From Promethearchaeota archaeon (GTDB lineage Archaea > Asgardarchaeota > Lokiarchaeia > Sigyniarchaeales > SOKP01), in NCBI GenBank assembly GCA_048938005.1, contig JBHLMQ010000007.1, positions 63,465-113,196 on the forward strand: a DNA stretch of 49,732 bases, written 5' to 3'. The translations under genes were made by a program, and so were the position numbers. Numbering within the stretch: the stretch's first letter is position 1; each line of letters opens with the position of its first letter. Shown piece after piece: positions 38,958-47,249 of this stretch. Under the pieces are notes generated by a model. That model ran no database searches and was not told where the DNA came from. It saw only the letters and a program-made list of their open reading frames with translations.

Positions 38958-39674
38958 ATGGTTGATACTCACAGTTACAGTTTTTTTGGTCAAAAAGTAG
39001 GCTTGATTATTCAAAGTTCTTCCAAGAATGAACCTTATATCTTTTTTAGGCTTATTAAAAGCAAAAATAATGGTACTTGGGAAAAACCAAGCAGCGGGGA
39101 AGGTAAAGTAATTAAATTTTCATTAGAAGAAATTGTATGGATCATTCGAGTATTAGAAAAAGAGATAAATTCATGGTCAAGTTATCATACGTTTAAAGAC
39201 AAAAAAACTCAAATTTCTTTTAAATGGGAAAATGGAGAAAATAACAAATTATGGATTCATATTGGTAGATATTCAAAGGTGCTTGAGTATGCTCAATTTA
39301 AGATATTGGAAATGCTATTAAAACATATAATAAATGAAAAAATAGAATTCGCTACTACTCCTAATATTTCTAAGAAGAGTGATTCTGACTTATTAAGCAA
39401 TACAATAGTTAAAGAAGAAGTCATAACAAGTTTAGAACATATAAATAAAAATGAGAATAATTCAAGTAATAATGAAAATTCTAGCAAGATAAAAAATGTT
39501 AATGGATCTATTAAAGGCGAAACTGAAAAAGCCTTACTTATCAAATTTGATAATGGAAGTGAGGTATGGATCCCTAAATCAACAATTCATTCTAGTTTTG
39601 ATAATAATAAGGATGTATCTCAAAACTTCACAATTGATGGTTGGATTTTAAAAAAAAATAAAATCTTATCTTAA
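38958..39674 (+). CDS. Hypothetical two-domain protein: possible Whirly-like N-terminus and small beta-barrel C-terminus
   Basis: Repeated beta-strand/helix pattern at the N-terminus; N/S-rich linker; ETEKALLI...WIPKS...IDGW C-terminus. Confidence 0.7.
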   Translation: MVDTHSYSFFGQKVGLIIQSSSKNEPYIFFRLIKSKNNGTWEKPSSGEGKVIKFSLEEIVWIIRVLEKEINSWSSYHTFKDKKTQISFKWENGENNKLWIHIGRYSKVLEYAQFKILEMLLKHIINEKIEFATTPNISKKSDSDLLSNTIVKEEVITSLEHINKNENNSSNNENSSKIKNVNGSIKGETEKALLIKFDNGSEVWIPKSTIHSSFDNNKDVSQNFTIDGWILKKNKILS

Positions 39675-39686
39675 TCCTTAGAAAAT

Positions 39687-39839
39687 ATGACTGAATCTGA
39701 ACAACTAAAAAGAGGCAAGTACAAATTTATAATTTATCATGGTCATATTCATATATTATCCACAAATGAATATACTGAAGACCGTGTCGATTCTAATGAA
39801 ATGCAAAATCGAAATCTTAAAGATCTTTTTAAAAAATAA
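39687..39839 (+). CDS. Possible 50-aa protein (absent from the ORF track)
   Basis: ATG...TAA frame MTESEQLKRGKYKFIIYHGHIHILSTNEYTEDRVDSNEMQNRNLKDLFKK, starting 12 nt after the previous stop and filling the gap. Confidence 0.5.
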   Translation: MTESEQLKRGKYKFIIYHGHIHILSTNEYTEDRVDSNEMQNRNLKDLFKK

Positions 39840-39865
39840 GAAAAGAAAAGGTACAAATAAAATTT

Positions 39866-41905
39866 TTATTTATCAAGCCCATAAGCAGTTATGAATCCTT
39901 CATGAACAGCTTCCATCATAGTTCGAGGCTCCTTACAATCTCCTATTTTATAGATTTTATATGAAGGATTAGATGCCTCAATTTTATCATATAAATCTGT
40001 GTTAGGTTTTACTCCTGTAGCTAAAATAAAAGTATCAATGTTTTCTAATGATTTTGTTTCACCTTCGTGCTGAAATTCTACTGTATTTTTCTCGAATTTT
40101 GTTATATGAGCATTAGTAATTGTATTTATACCTAATTTCATCATATGCCCGATCATAAATCCGCGAGTAGTTCTTCCAAAATTAAGTCCTAATTTCGGAA
40201 GTTTTTCTATTATTGTCACTTTTCTATTTCCCTTGAGCCACTTTGCAAAAATTTCATCCTTTGGCATTAAATTATAAAAACTTATAAAACGAGCGACTTC
40301 TGAATCCAAGGTTCCTAATTCTGCGGCCCAGATAGCTGTTTCCATACCTGTTGCCGACCCACCTACCACAACTACGTTTTTTCCAACATGGTAATTTCCC
40401 GCAAGTACATCATCAGCAAAATATATGGTGCTTCCAAGAGATCCATCGATTCCTGGAACTTCTGGAATATCATATTTAACACCAGTTCCAAAAATAACAA
40501 CGTCTGGTTTATATTCATTAATTATCTCTTGAGTTGCTTCTACTCCGAGTTGTAAATCAATATTAAGATGTTCAATTTGAGCCTTGTAATAATCAATTAT
40601 TTCGTCAATATCCCTCCGTCCAGGGGGAATAAATGCTACTTTAACTTGCCCACCAATCTCATCTTTTTTCTCTAAAATTGTTACACTATGCCCTAATATA
40701 CTTGCTACTCGAGCAGCCTCTAATCCCGCAGGACCACTTCCAATAATTAATACTTTCATTGGTTTCTCTGTTTTTTTATCAAGATTGATTTCACCTTCTC
40801 GAGAGGCTTCATAATTTCGCATGCATTCAACTGATTTCCCAGTAAAAATATGATCAAAACAACCTTGATTACATCCTACACATTTTCTAATATCCCAAAG
40901 CCTATTCTCTTTTGTTTTAACAGGTAAATAAGGATCAGCTATGAGTGCGCGTCCCATACAAATCGCATCCGCCATCTCGTTCCTTAATAGTTCTTCAGCA
41001 ATTATTGGATTAGTAATTCGATTGCTAACAAAAACAGGGATAGAAACATTATTTCTAATATTTTCAGCTAAGTAAGCATATGCTCCTTGGGGGACCATCA
41101 TTAGAAGTTGTGGTATTCTAGTTTCATGCCACCCTCCAGTTACATTTATAAAATCGATTCCCGTTTCATCATAATATTTAGCAAATATCGCACTTTCTTT
41201 ATATGTATTAGAACCAGGTACAAAATCGTCTCCAGCCATCCGCATTCCCACTAAAACATCCTTCCCAACTCTTTCTTTAACTAGTTTTATTAATTCAAGC
41301 GGATATCGAAGCCTATTTTCTAAAGAACCACCATATTCATCATTACGTTTGTTTGTAAGTGGACTAAGGAATTGATTGATTAAATATCCTGCAGATCCTG
41401 ATAATTCTACACCATCAAATCCTGCTTTTTTTAGACGTTCTGCTGCTTTCGCATGACTCTCCTGAACAACTTTGATTTCATCAATTGTTAACTCCTTAGG
41501 TACGATTTTTGTCAAATTAGATTGTATTGCAGAAGAGGATACTGCTTTAGAAGATAAAGAATAAGCACCCGCATGATATAACTGAGCAATAACTTTTGCA
41601 CCATGTTTGTGTATTTCCTCTGCAAAGGTTGTTAATCCTGGAATAAATTTATCGTCATCAACTGAAAGAAAATCTCGTCCTCCACCACCTCTTTTTTCAA
41701 CTTGGCCTCCCCCTATGATTATTAAACCAACTCCTCCCTTCGCTCTTTCAATGTAGAAATTAGTAAATTGTTCACTTATATAACCATTAGGAGTGTAATT
41801 CAAAGCCATGGCGGGTAAAACAATTCTATTGCGAATTTCAACATTTCCTATTTTTAACGGTTCAAATAACTTTACAAATTTCATGATACTATTCATAATT
41901 ATCAA
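39866..41905 (-). CDS. NADH:flavin oxidoreductase / 2,4-dienoyl-CoA reductase-like (OYE TIM barrel + Fe-S + FAD domain)
   Basis: ERAKGGVGL, QLYHAG, GYLINQFLSP, CVGCNQGC and GSGPAG. Confidence 0.92.
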   Translation of the reverse strand: MIIMNSIMKFVKLFEPLKIGNVEIRNRIVLPAMALNYTPNGYISEQFTNFYIERAKGGVGLIIIGGGQVEKRGGGGRDFLSVDDDKFIPGLTTFAEEIHKHGAKVIAQLYHAGAYSLSSKAVSSSAIQSNLTKIVPKELTIDEIKVVQESHAKAAERLKKAGFDGVELSGSAGYLINQFLSPLTNKRNDEYGGSLENRLRYPLELIKLVKERVGKDVLVGMRMAGDDFVPGSNTYKESAIFAKYYDETGIDFINVTGGWHETRIPQLLMMVPQGAYAYLAENIRNNVSIPVFVSNRITNPIIAEELLRNEMADAICMGRALIADPYLPVKTKENRLWDIRKCVGCNQGCFDHIFTGKSVECMRNYEASREGEINLDKKTEKPMKVLIIGSGPAGLEAARVASILGHSVTILEKKDEIGGQVKVAFIPPGRRDIDEIIDYYKAQIEHLNIDLQLGVEATQEIINEYKPDVVIFGTGVKYDIPEVPGIDGSLGSTIYFADDVLAGNYHVGKNVVVVGGSATGMETAIWAAELGTLDSEVARFISFYNLMPKDEIFAKWLKGNRKVTIIEKLPKLGLNFGRTTRGFMIGHMMKLGINTITNAHITKFEKNTVEFQHEGETKSLENIDTFILATGVKPNTDLYDKIEASNPSYKIYKIGDCKEPRTMMEAVHEGFITAYGLDK

Positions 41906-42008
41906 TTGAATTTTAAAATTTTCAGAAATAAATGTGAAATTAAATAATTTTGATTAAAAACACAAAAATATTAGGGAATAACAAATTAAATTTCATTTCT
42001 AATGAAAT

Positions 42009-42689
42009 TTATTCTCTGACAATTGTAATGCCATGTTTTTTCAAATTATTCATAATAAAAGGATATTTAATCAAGGATTCATATTCTAAGTGAGGAATTT
42101 TTAAATTTCTTATCTGTTCCTGTGTGAATATATTATATAGAATCGCAGCACCGTGTCGAATTCCATATTTTTTCAACAGTTTTAATGCTCTTAACTGGAA
42201 ATGAAAGAATTTTCCATCCGCCCCTGTTACTTGCATGAATGTTATTTCATCAATTCCTTTCAAAGAAACTCTCACATATAAATTCTTGAAATTATTTAAT
42301 TCTTTAATATAATCTTCGTCTAACATTATTCCATTAGTTTCAAGGATGAATAACACATTTTCCGGGATATAACTCAGCAATTTAAGCAAATGAGCTTTCC
42401 CTATAGTTGGTTCTCCACCACTAATCCTTATTAATGATAAGTTCATGTTGAGAAGTTTCTCGCTCACCCGTTTAGGAGAAAAATATTGACCAAATTTTTG
42501 GGGGTGCCATACTTTTTTCTGAGCCCAGCAATAAGCACATCTTAAATTGCAGCCTAAACAATCAGCAGTAGCACACCCACCATAAAAGTGAGTCTTACGG
42601 AATCTATAATACTTTTTGGAATCGTTTTTACATATTTGATTTTCAATATTTTGAGCTATTTTAACTGGATCAACCATATTGCAATTCAT
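42009..42689 (-). CDS. Radical SAM protein
   Basis: CNLRCAYC (CxxxCxxC), RISGGEP, LETNG and RVSLKG. Confidence 0.9.
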   Translation of the reverse strand: MNCNMVDPVKIAQNIENQICKNDSKKYYRFRKTHFYGGCATADCLGCNLRCAYCWAQKKVWHPQKFGQYFSPKRVSEKLLNMNLSLIRISGGEPTIGKAHLLKLLSYIPENVLFILETNGIMLDEDYIKELNNFKNLYVRVSLKGIDEITFMQVTGADGKFFHFQLRALKLLKKYGIRHGAAILYNIFTQEQIRNLKIPHLEYESLIKYPFIMNNLKKHGITIVRE

Positions 42690-42749
42690 TAATACAGAAT
42701 ATTAACCAGTACAAATATTTTTCTGATCGTCTTCATATGAAAAATTTAT

Positions 42750-42956
42750 TTATGCAAACGTATTATAACAATATTTCTGATGACCGCTTATACAACAATT
42801 GCAAAAAGTTTCTCCACATAGTCCACAAACGATTTCTTCATCATTGTAGATATTTAGGTTTTTCTCACAACGATTACAATGTCGATATCTCTTGGCAAAC
42901 GAATCTTTAACCCTTTTGAATTTTCGCTTTTTTAATTTATACATTAACTCTAACAT
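42750..42956 (-). CDS. Small Cys-rich zinc-finger protein
   Basis: CNRC...CGLCGETFCNCC...H...C. Confidence 0.75.
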   Translation of the reverse strand: MLELMYKLKKRKFKRVKDSFAKRYRHCNRCEKNLNIYNDEEIVCGLCGETFCNCCISGHQKYCYNTFA

Positions 42957-43068
42957 AACTATTGTGTTTTAAAAAAGATATTTTTAAACTTAGAAAAAAA
43001 TTTTAGAATTACATTTATGAGAGTTTATGGGGTTCTTTTATATTTCTATGGTATTAATGGGTGTTACT

Positions 43069-43362
43069 TCATTTCAAATCCTCAACTAATTCCAGAAATC
43101 CTGCATATGGAATTGCTGTCCAACTCTCTGCAAAGGTAGCACCCGCAGATCGAGAGAGTAATGAAACTTTCGCAGCTTCTTGTTCATTTTTCACTTCGAA
43201 GATATCAATAAAATCATAACGCCCTAATATGGCATAATGAGAAATCCATTTAATATCCGGAACCTTTTCTCTTACCAACCTTAACCATTTTTCACCTTGT
43301 TCTTTCCTTTTCTCTACCAAGTCAGGATTTTGAAGTTTAGTTGCAAGTATATATATTGGCAT
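43069..43362 (-). CDS. GYD-domain protein
   Basis: YAILGRYDF motif and ESWTAIP. Confidence 0.88.
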   Translation of the reverse strand: MPIYILATKLQNPDLVEKRKEQGEKWLRLVREKVPDIKWISHYAILGRYDFIDIFEVKNEQEAAKVSLLSRSAGATFAESWTAIPYAGFLELVEDLK

Positions 43363-43394
43363 AAAGAAAAGTATAATAACTGAAAATTTAAATC

Positions 43395-44168
43395 TTATTG
43401 AAGTAATAATTCTTTAATATCTTCTACGAGGTAATCTACAAGCTTTTCTAGATAAATTCTCCCTCTCTTAATATCAGCATGAGTTGGATCACCTATTACT
43501 CCAATTTCAGATAAAGCAGAGATCCCTTTTTCAAAAACCATTTTACTTGTCTCTTCACCTAAAGGACCAACATAACCAGGTTTAAACCGTTCTTTTCTAA
43601 CCTGATTTTTTGATATAGCCAATATTTGGGAAGTCTCAACTTCACCCGCATGAGCTCCCGCTTCTTCTTTGTTTATACCGAATTCTGTGGCGATGTGCCA
43701 TTCAATCGTTATAAACCTCCACACATCAGTACATCCAATTAACTTAAGTTCTGAATATTTTGGTTGCAATTCTTCTATAGCCTCTTTTGTTGACTCAAAA
43801 TTTCCACCATGTGTAGGAATAAAAAGGATTGTTTGGAAACCGTGGGTGGAAAGACTTCTAACATAATCATAAATTATTGCTTTTAATGTATCTCTCTTCA
43901 AAGAGATTGTACCTGGAAACGATAAATGGTGATCTGAGCAACCAACTCTAATTGTCTGAGCTTGTAGAGCATTTCCCAACTTAAGAGCTATTCTATAGGC
44001 TAACGTATCAGCAATTATTGTATCAGTGTGGGTTGGAAGATGGGGACCATGTTGTTCTGTGGAACCAATCCCTATAACAACCGTAGTAAATCCCTTCTGG
44101 ATTGCTTCCCCAATATCCACCCAATTCATTTCTTCCATTCGGATATTTTTCAAGAGTATTTTCACCAA
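43395..44168 (-). CDS. Creatininase-family amidohydrolase
   Basis: GSTEQHGPHLP..TD, SDHH..FPGT, HGGN and HAGEVETS; TTG start. Confidence 0.92.
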   Translation of the reverse strand: MVKILLKNIRMEEMNWVDIGEAIQKGFTTVVIGIGSTEQHGPHLPTHTDTIIADTLAYRIALKLGNALQAQTIRVGCSDHHLSFPGTISLKRDTLKAIIYDYVRSLSTHGFQTILFIPTHGGNFESTKEAIEELQPKYSELKLIGCTDVWRFITIEWHIATEFGINKEEAGAHAGEVETSQILAISKNQVRKERFKPGYVGPLGEETSKMVFEKGISALSEIGVIGDPTHADIKRGRIYLEKLVDYLVEDIKELLLQ

Positions 44169-44396
44169 ATTAATTCCAACTTATTTTTTTGATCTTGTAA
44201 CTAAAGTGGATTGTTTAATAGAACATTTTAGTTTGAATATATTTAAGGATTTCATTCTTTATGATTTTTTATAAAAAACTGACAAAAGTATTGATATGAA
44301 TTATACTAGAAAAAATCTAGCTCATAACCGCACTCCAACTCACCTAAAAATATCCAAAACTCACTAATACTCTTTTTAAAGCCCTGAATTTCTAAG

Positions 44397-44437
44397 CCTG
44401 AACCTTGGGAATCCTCCGTCAACACTATACACTCACG
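44397..44437. repeat. Dispersed repeat copy A (related to 46184-46225)
   Basis: 31/42 identities to copy B by hand alignment, beginning with an identical CCTGAACCTT. Confidence 0.6.
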
Positions 44438-44542
44438 AAAAAGTTTAAATTCTAAACAACCTATAATTAACTAACCTCCATTTTATTTGGATTAAGGTTT
44501 TAATTAATAGTGGATCATTCTAAAAAGAAATATAATTAAGAA

Positions 44543-44935
44543 GTGAGTGATAAAATGGAAGAATTATTTAAACGGTTAATCTTTCTCATTTTTGGAATAG
44601 TCTGCATAATTACTGGTACATTTTTAATAGTTTTTTTTGGTTCTTCTATTCTACTTTTAAGTACTATTATCATTCTTCTTGGAGTTTTTTTTATCATTAA
44701 TACAGTAATAGAAGTTTATTTTGCAAAGAAATATGGAAAAGATGAAGGTAAAAAGATATTAAAATGGTCCTTATTGCTAGATTTGGGAATATTTACTATT
44801 GTTATTTCTATTATTCTTTATATTTGGGCCGAATATTTCTGGTATGGTACATTAATATTTTTTCTCGCTATTGGTTTTATATTAGCTTTATTTGGCGTAA
44901 GAGGGTTTTATTTTCAAATAAAGAAGATAAAATAA
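44543..44935 (+). CDS. 4-TM membrane protein
   Basis: Four hydrophobic segments arranged as two similar hairpins. Confidence 0.75.
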   Translation: MSDKMEELFKRLIFLIFGIVCIITGTFLIVFFGSSILLLSTIIILLGVFFIINTVIEVYFAKKYGKDEGKKILKWSLLLDLGIFTIVISIILYIWAEYFWYGTLIFFLAIGFILALFGVRGFYFQIKKIK

Positions 44936-45150
44936 ATAGTAAAATCTCTCGTACCAAAATCAGAAGAAAAAGATCTTATAAATATTGTCCTAACTCCAAT
45001 GTTTTTGTTCCCATAAAATTAAAATACTGTCTAAATCTGGTCATAAATTCGAGAAAAATAATTGATTCGAATCAAAATATTGGTGAAAATAAAGAAATAT
45101 AAAAAAATTAGAAAAATTGCTTTTTATGAATACACTCCTTCTCATCTTTC

Positions 45151-45534
45151 TCATTCTATATCCAAAGCGGCACGAGCCTTGTCTAAGTTATCAACTCCTA
45201 GTACTATTCTGTTATTCTCAGCAAAATAGATTAGGTCAATATTAACTCCAGCATTACCTATTTTACGAGCCATCTTCCCCCCTGTACCAGGTTTTCCTAC
45301 AATTTGACCGATATCCAAAACGAGTACTTCACGCACAGCACGAACTTGAAAACCAGCTTCTTCAAGTGCCCAACGGGCTGTGGTTTCATCTTCAACCAAA
45401 ATATGAACGATACCTTCACCCTTTAGGGGAAATCCACATAACCCTTCCATATTTATGCCCATTTTACCTAGAGCTTCCCCCATATCAGCTAGCATACCCG
45501 GTTCATTTTTCAAAATAACAGTTAAATCTCTCAA
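45151..45534 (-). CDS. Tandem ACT-domain protein
   Basis: NEPGMLA...GINMEG and KPGTGG...AGVNIDLIY; GGAGG SD upstream of TTG. Confidence 0.9.
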   Translation of the reverse strand: MRDLTVILKNEPGMLADMGEALGKMGINMEGLCGFPLKGEGIVHILVEDETTARWALEEAGFQVRAVREVLVLDIGQIVGKPGTGGKMARKIGNAGVNIDLIYFAENNRIVLGVDNLDKARAALDIE

Positions 45535-45713
45535 TTTTTTTTCCTCCTATTTCAATTTACTTTATTTATTAAGTTAAATATTATCTCGTTATCACGAGAA
45601 TTTTTCCAATACTTTATTATGTCTTTTCCCTATTTAACCTTTCTTTTGAAAATTTTCCTTTATAATCAATTATAACCTAAAAAAATAAATTACTTTTCCT
45701 TTTAATTTTTCCT

Positions 45714-46109
45714 ATGGAAAAACTTGAAAATATCTTTTTAGAGATTAAAAAAATCTTAGAAAAACATTCTAGCAAATTTTTAATAAGAGAACAATACAGA
45801 GGTTCCCAAGCTAAGCAGCAGAAACCAGGATTTCATTTGTATGGAAGCAAGGAAGTTAGTTTATTCGGAAAAAAACCACAGCCTACGTATCTTGCTGGTG
45901 TTATTCAACAAAAATATTATGTAAGCTTCTATTTCTCACCCATTTATTCACACCCAGACTTATTCAAAAACATCAATCCTGATTTAAAGAAGTTTTTGAA
46001 AGGTAAATCCTGTTTTAATATAAATAAAATTTATCCTCAACTTCTTGAGGAAATTGAAGATTTACTAAAGAAAGGAATAAGTAAATATAAAGAAATCGGA
46101 TGGATATAA
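45714..46109 (+). CDS. DUF1801/YdhG-like hypothetical protein
   Basis: QKYYVSFYF.PIY...LKGKSCFNI pattern. Confidence 0.7.
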   Translation: MEKLENIFLEIKKILEKHSSKFLIREQYRGSQAKQQKPGFHLYGSKEVSLFGKKPQPTYLAGVIQQKYYVSFYFSPIYSHPDLFKNINPDLKKFLKGKSCFNINKIYPQLLEEIEDLLKKGISKYKEIGWI

Positions 46110-46183
46110 AAAAATAGGCATTCTAACCTTTTATCTATTTATTCTTTTAAAATTCTTACCATAGAGAAGGTTATATCTCTTAA

Positions 46184-46242
46184 CCTGAACCTTATGATTC
46201 CCCCTTTCAACACCACGCACTTGCGCTGTTGAGAGTGGCAGG
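46184..46242. repeat. Dispersed repeat copy B, forming a GC-rich hairpin
   Basis: TCAACA...CGCA-CT-TGCG...TGTTGA stem, closed by CCTG/CAGG; lies between convergent genes. Confidence 0.6.
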
Positions 46243-46306
46243 CTAAATAAGTCGCTCGAAAGCTAAAATAAATATAACCAAAATTAAAATAAAAAAAAAA
46301 AAAAGA

Positions 46307-46834
46307 TTATCGCAAATCACGTGTTTTTATAATGACCTCTTTACCTAACTTAGTCGCATAATCGAATATTAAATCCGTAATTTGTCTCGCTTCTCCTTTA
46401 CTGAGCCAAGCAAATTTAACAGATCTAATAACTTTTTGATCACTTTTACGAAAAAGTTTAATTTTAAAAATATTTGTTTTTCTTTGCAATTTTTGAGGTT
46501 TAAGTGAACCATATTCACTTCCTAATACTTTCAATTTCATAATATCAAATTCAGACCAATATATTTCAAATTTAACTTTTTTTGGTTTTGAGATCATAAA
46601 TTTTTCCTTTGAAATTACAAAGCTTATCCACGCATTTCTTTTATAACCATAGATACCAAGAGGAACTAAAATGAGTAATAATACTATATCAACAATTAGA
46701 ACGTAATACCAAGGTATAACTCCGAAAGAAAGAAAGATCGAACTAAAGAAAATTAAGAGAAACGCAAGCAAAGACATAACCAAAAGGTATCGGATTTTAA
46801 GAGACTTAAATATTTCAATTTCTTTTAATTCCAT
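46307..46834 (-). CDS. Membrane protein (2 N-terminal TMs and a soluble bPH-like C-terminus)
   Basis: Two hydrophobic helices followed by FVISKEKFMI...FEIYWSEF beta pattern. Confidence 0.65.
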   Translation of the reverse strand: MELKEIEIFKSLKIRYLLVMSLLAFLLIFFSSIFLSFGVIPWYYVLIVDIVLLLILVPLGIYGYKRNAWISFVISKEKFMISKPKKVKFEIYWSEFDIMKLKVLGSEYGSLKPQKLQRKTNIFKIKLFRKSDQKVIRSVKFAWLSKGEARQITDLIFDYATKLGKEVIIKTRDLR

Positions 46835-46972
46835 GAATTTTTAATAAGCAAATTTTCTATAAAAGTTTTAACATCTGTGTTAAAATAAAAAGATAATCCC
46901 TTTACTTTAAACTAAAAATCTAATTAGGAATTAGCTTTTGTAAAAAAAAGTTTAGAGGGACAACTGTTAAAA

Positions 46973-47038
46973 GGAGAGGAGATTAGCATAATGAATGCCC
47001 GAAAGCGCCCTACGTACATTCCCTCCTCACTAATCCCG
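46973..47038. ncRNA. Candidate structured RNA / regulatory element
   Basis: GC-rich island in an AT-rich spacer with nested stems GATTAG/CTAATC and GAATG/CATTC, plus an alternative GAGGAG/CTCCTC pairing. Confidence 0.4.
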
Positions 47039-47249
47039 TAAATTATTGTATAATTACATAAAATAAAAGTCTCAACTATCATTGAAAATATAGTCATCTT
47101 CTGAAATGGTTATTGGAGGATTTAAATCAAATTACGACAAAAGTATCAAATGTAAGCTTCACGAAAATTATTATTCTTTAAATCCTTTTAGAATGTACCT
47201 ATTACATATTATTTTTTCAGTTAACAATCTAGACTTGGAGAAAGAAAAG

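Noticed and set aside
42009-42689. Radical SAM as the NrdG activase for nrdD
   Set aside because: It is 13 kb away, and its N-terminal YYRFR..FYGG.ATADC pattern fits a separate uncharacterised archaeal radical SAM group. It cannot be assigned.
39866-44168. Mycofactocin-like RiPP cluster (creatininase/MftE + radical SAM + flavoenzyme + small ORF)
   Set aside because: There is no MftA-like IDGxCGVY peptide and no MftB. The radical SAM is short and lacks a SPASM domain. The small ORF is a zinc finger.
46973-47038. SECIS element, group II intron domain V, or known riboswitch
   Set aside because: ATGA lacks the opposing GA quartet and no upstream gene has an in-frame TGA. There is no domain V catalytic triad, and no fit to fluoride, c-di-AMP or TPP consensus.
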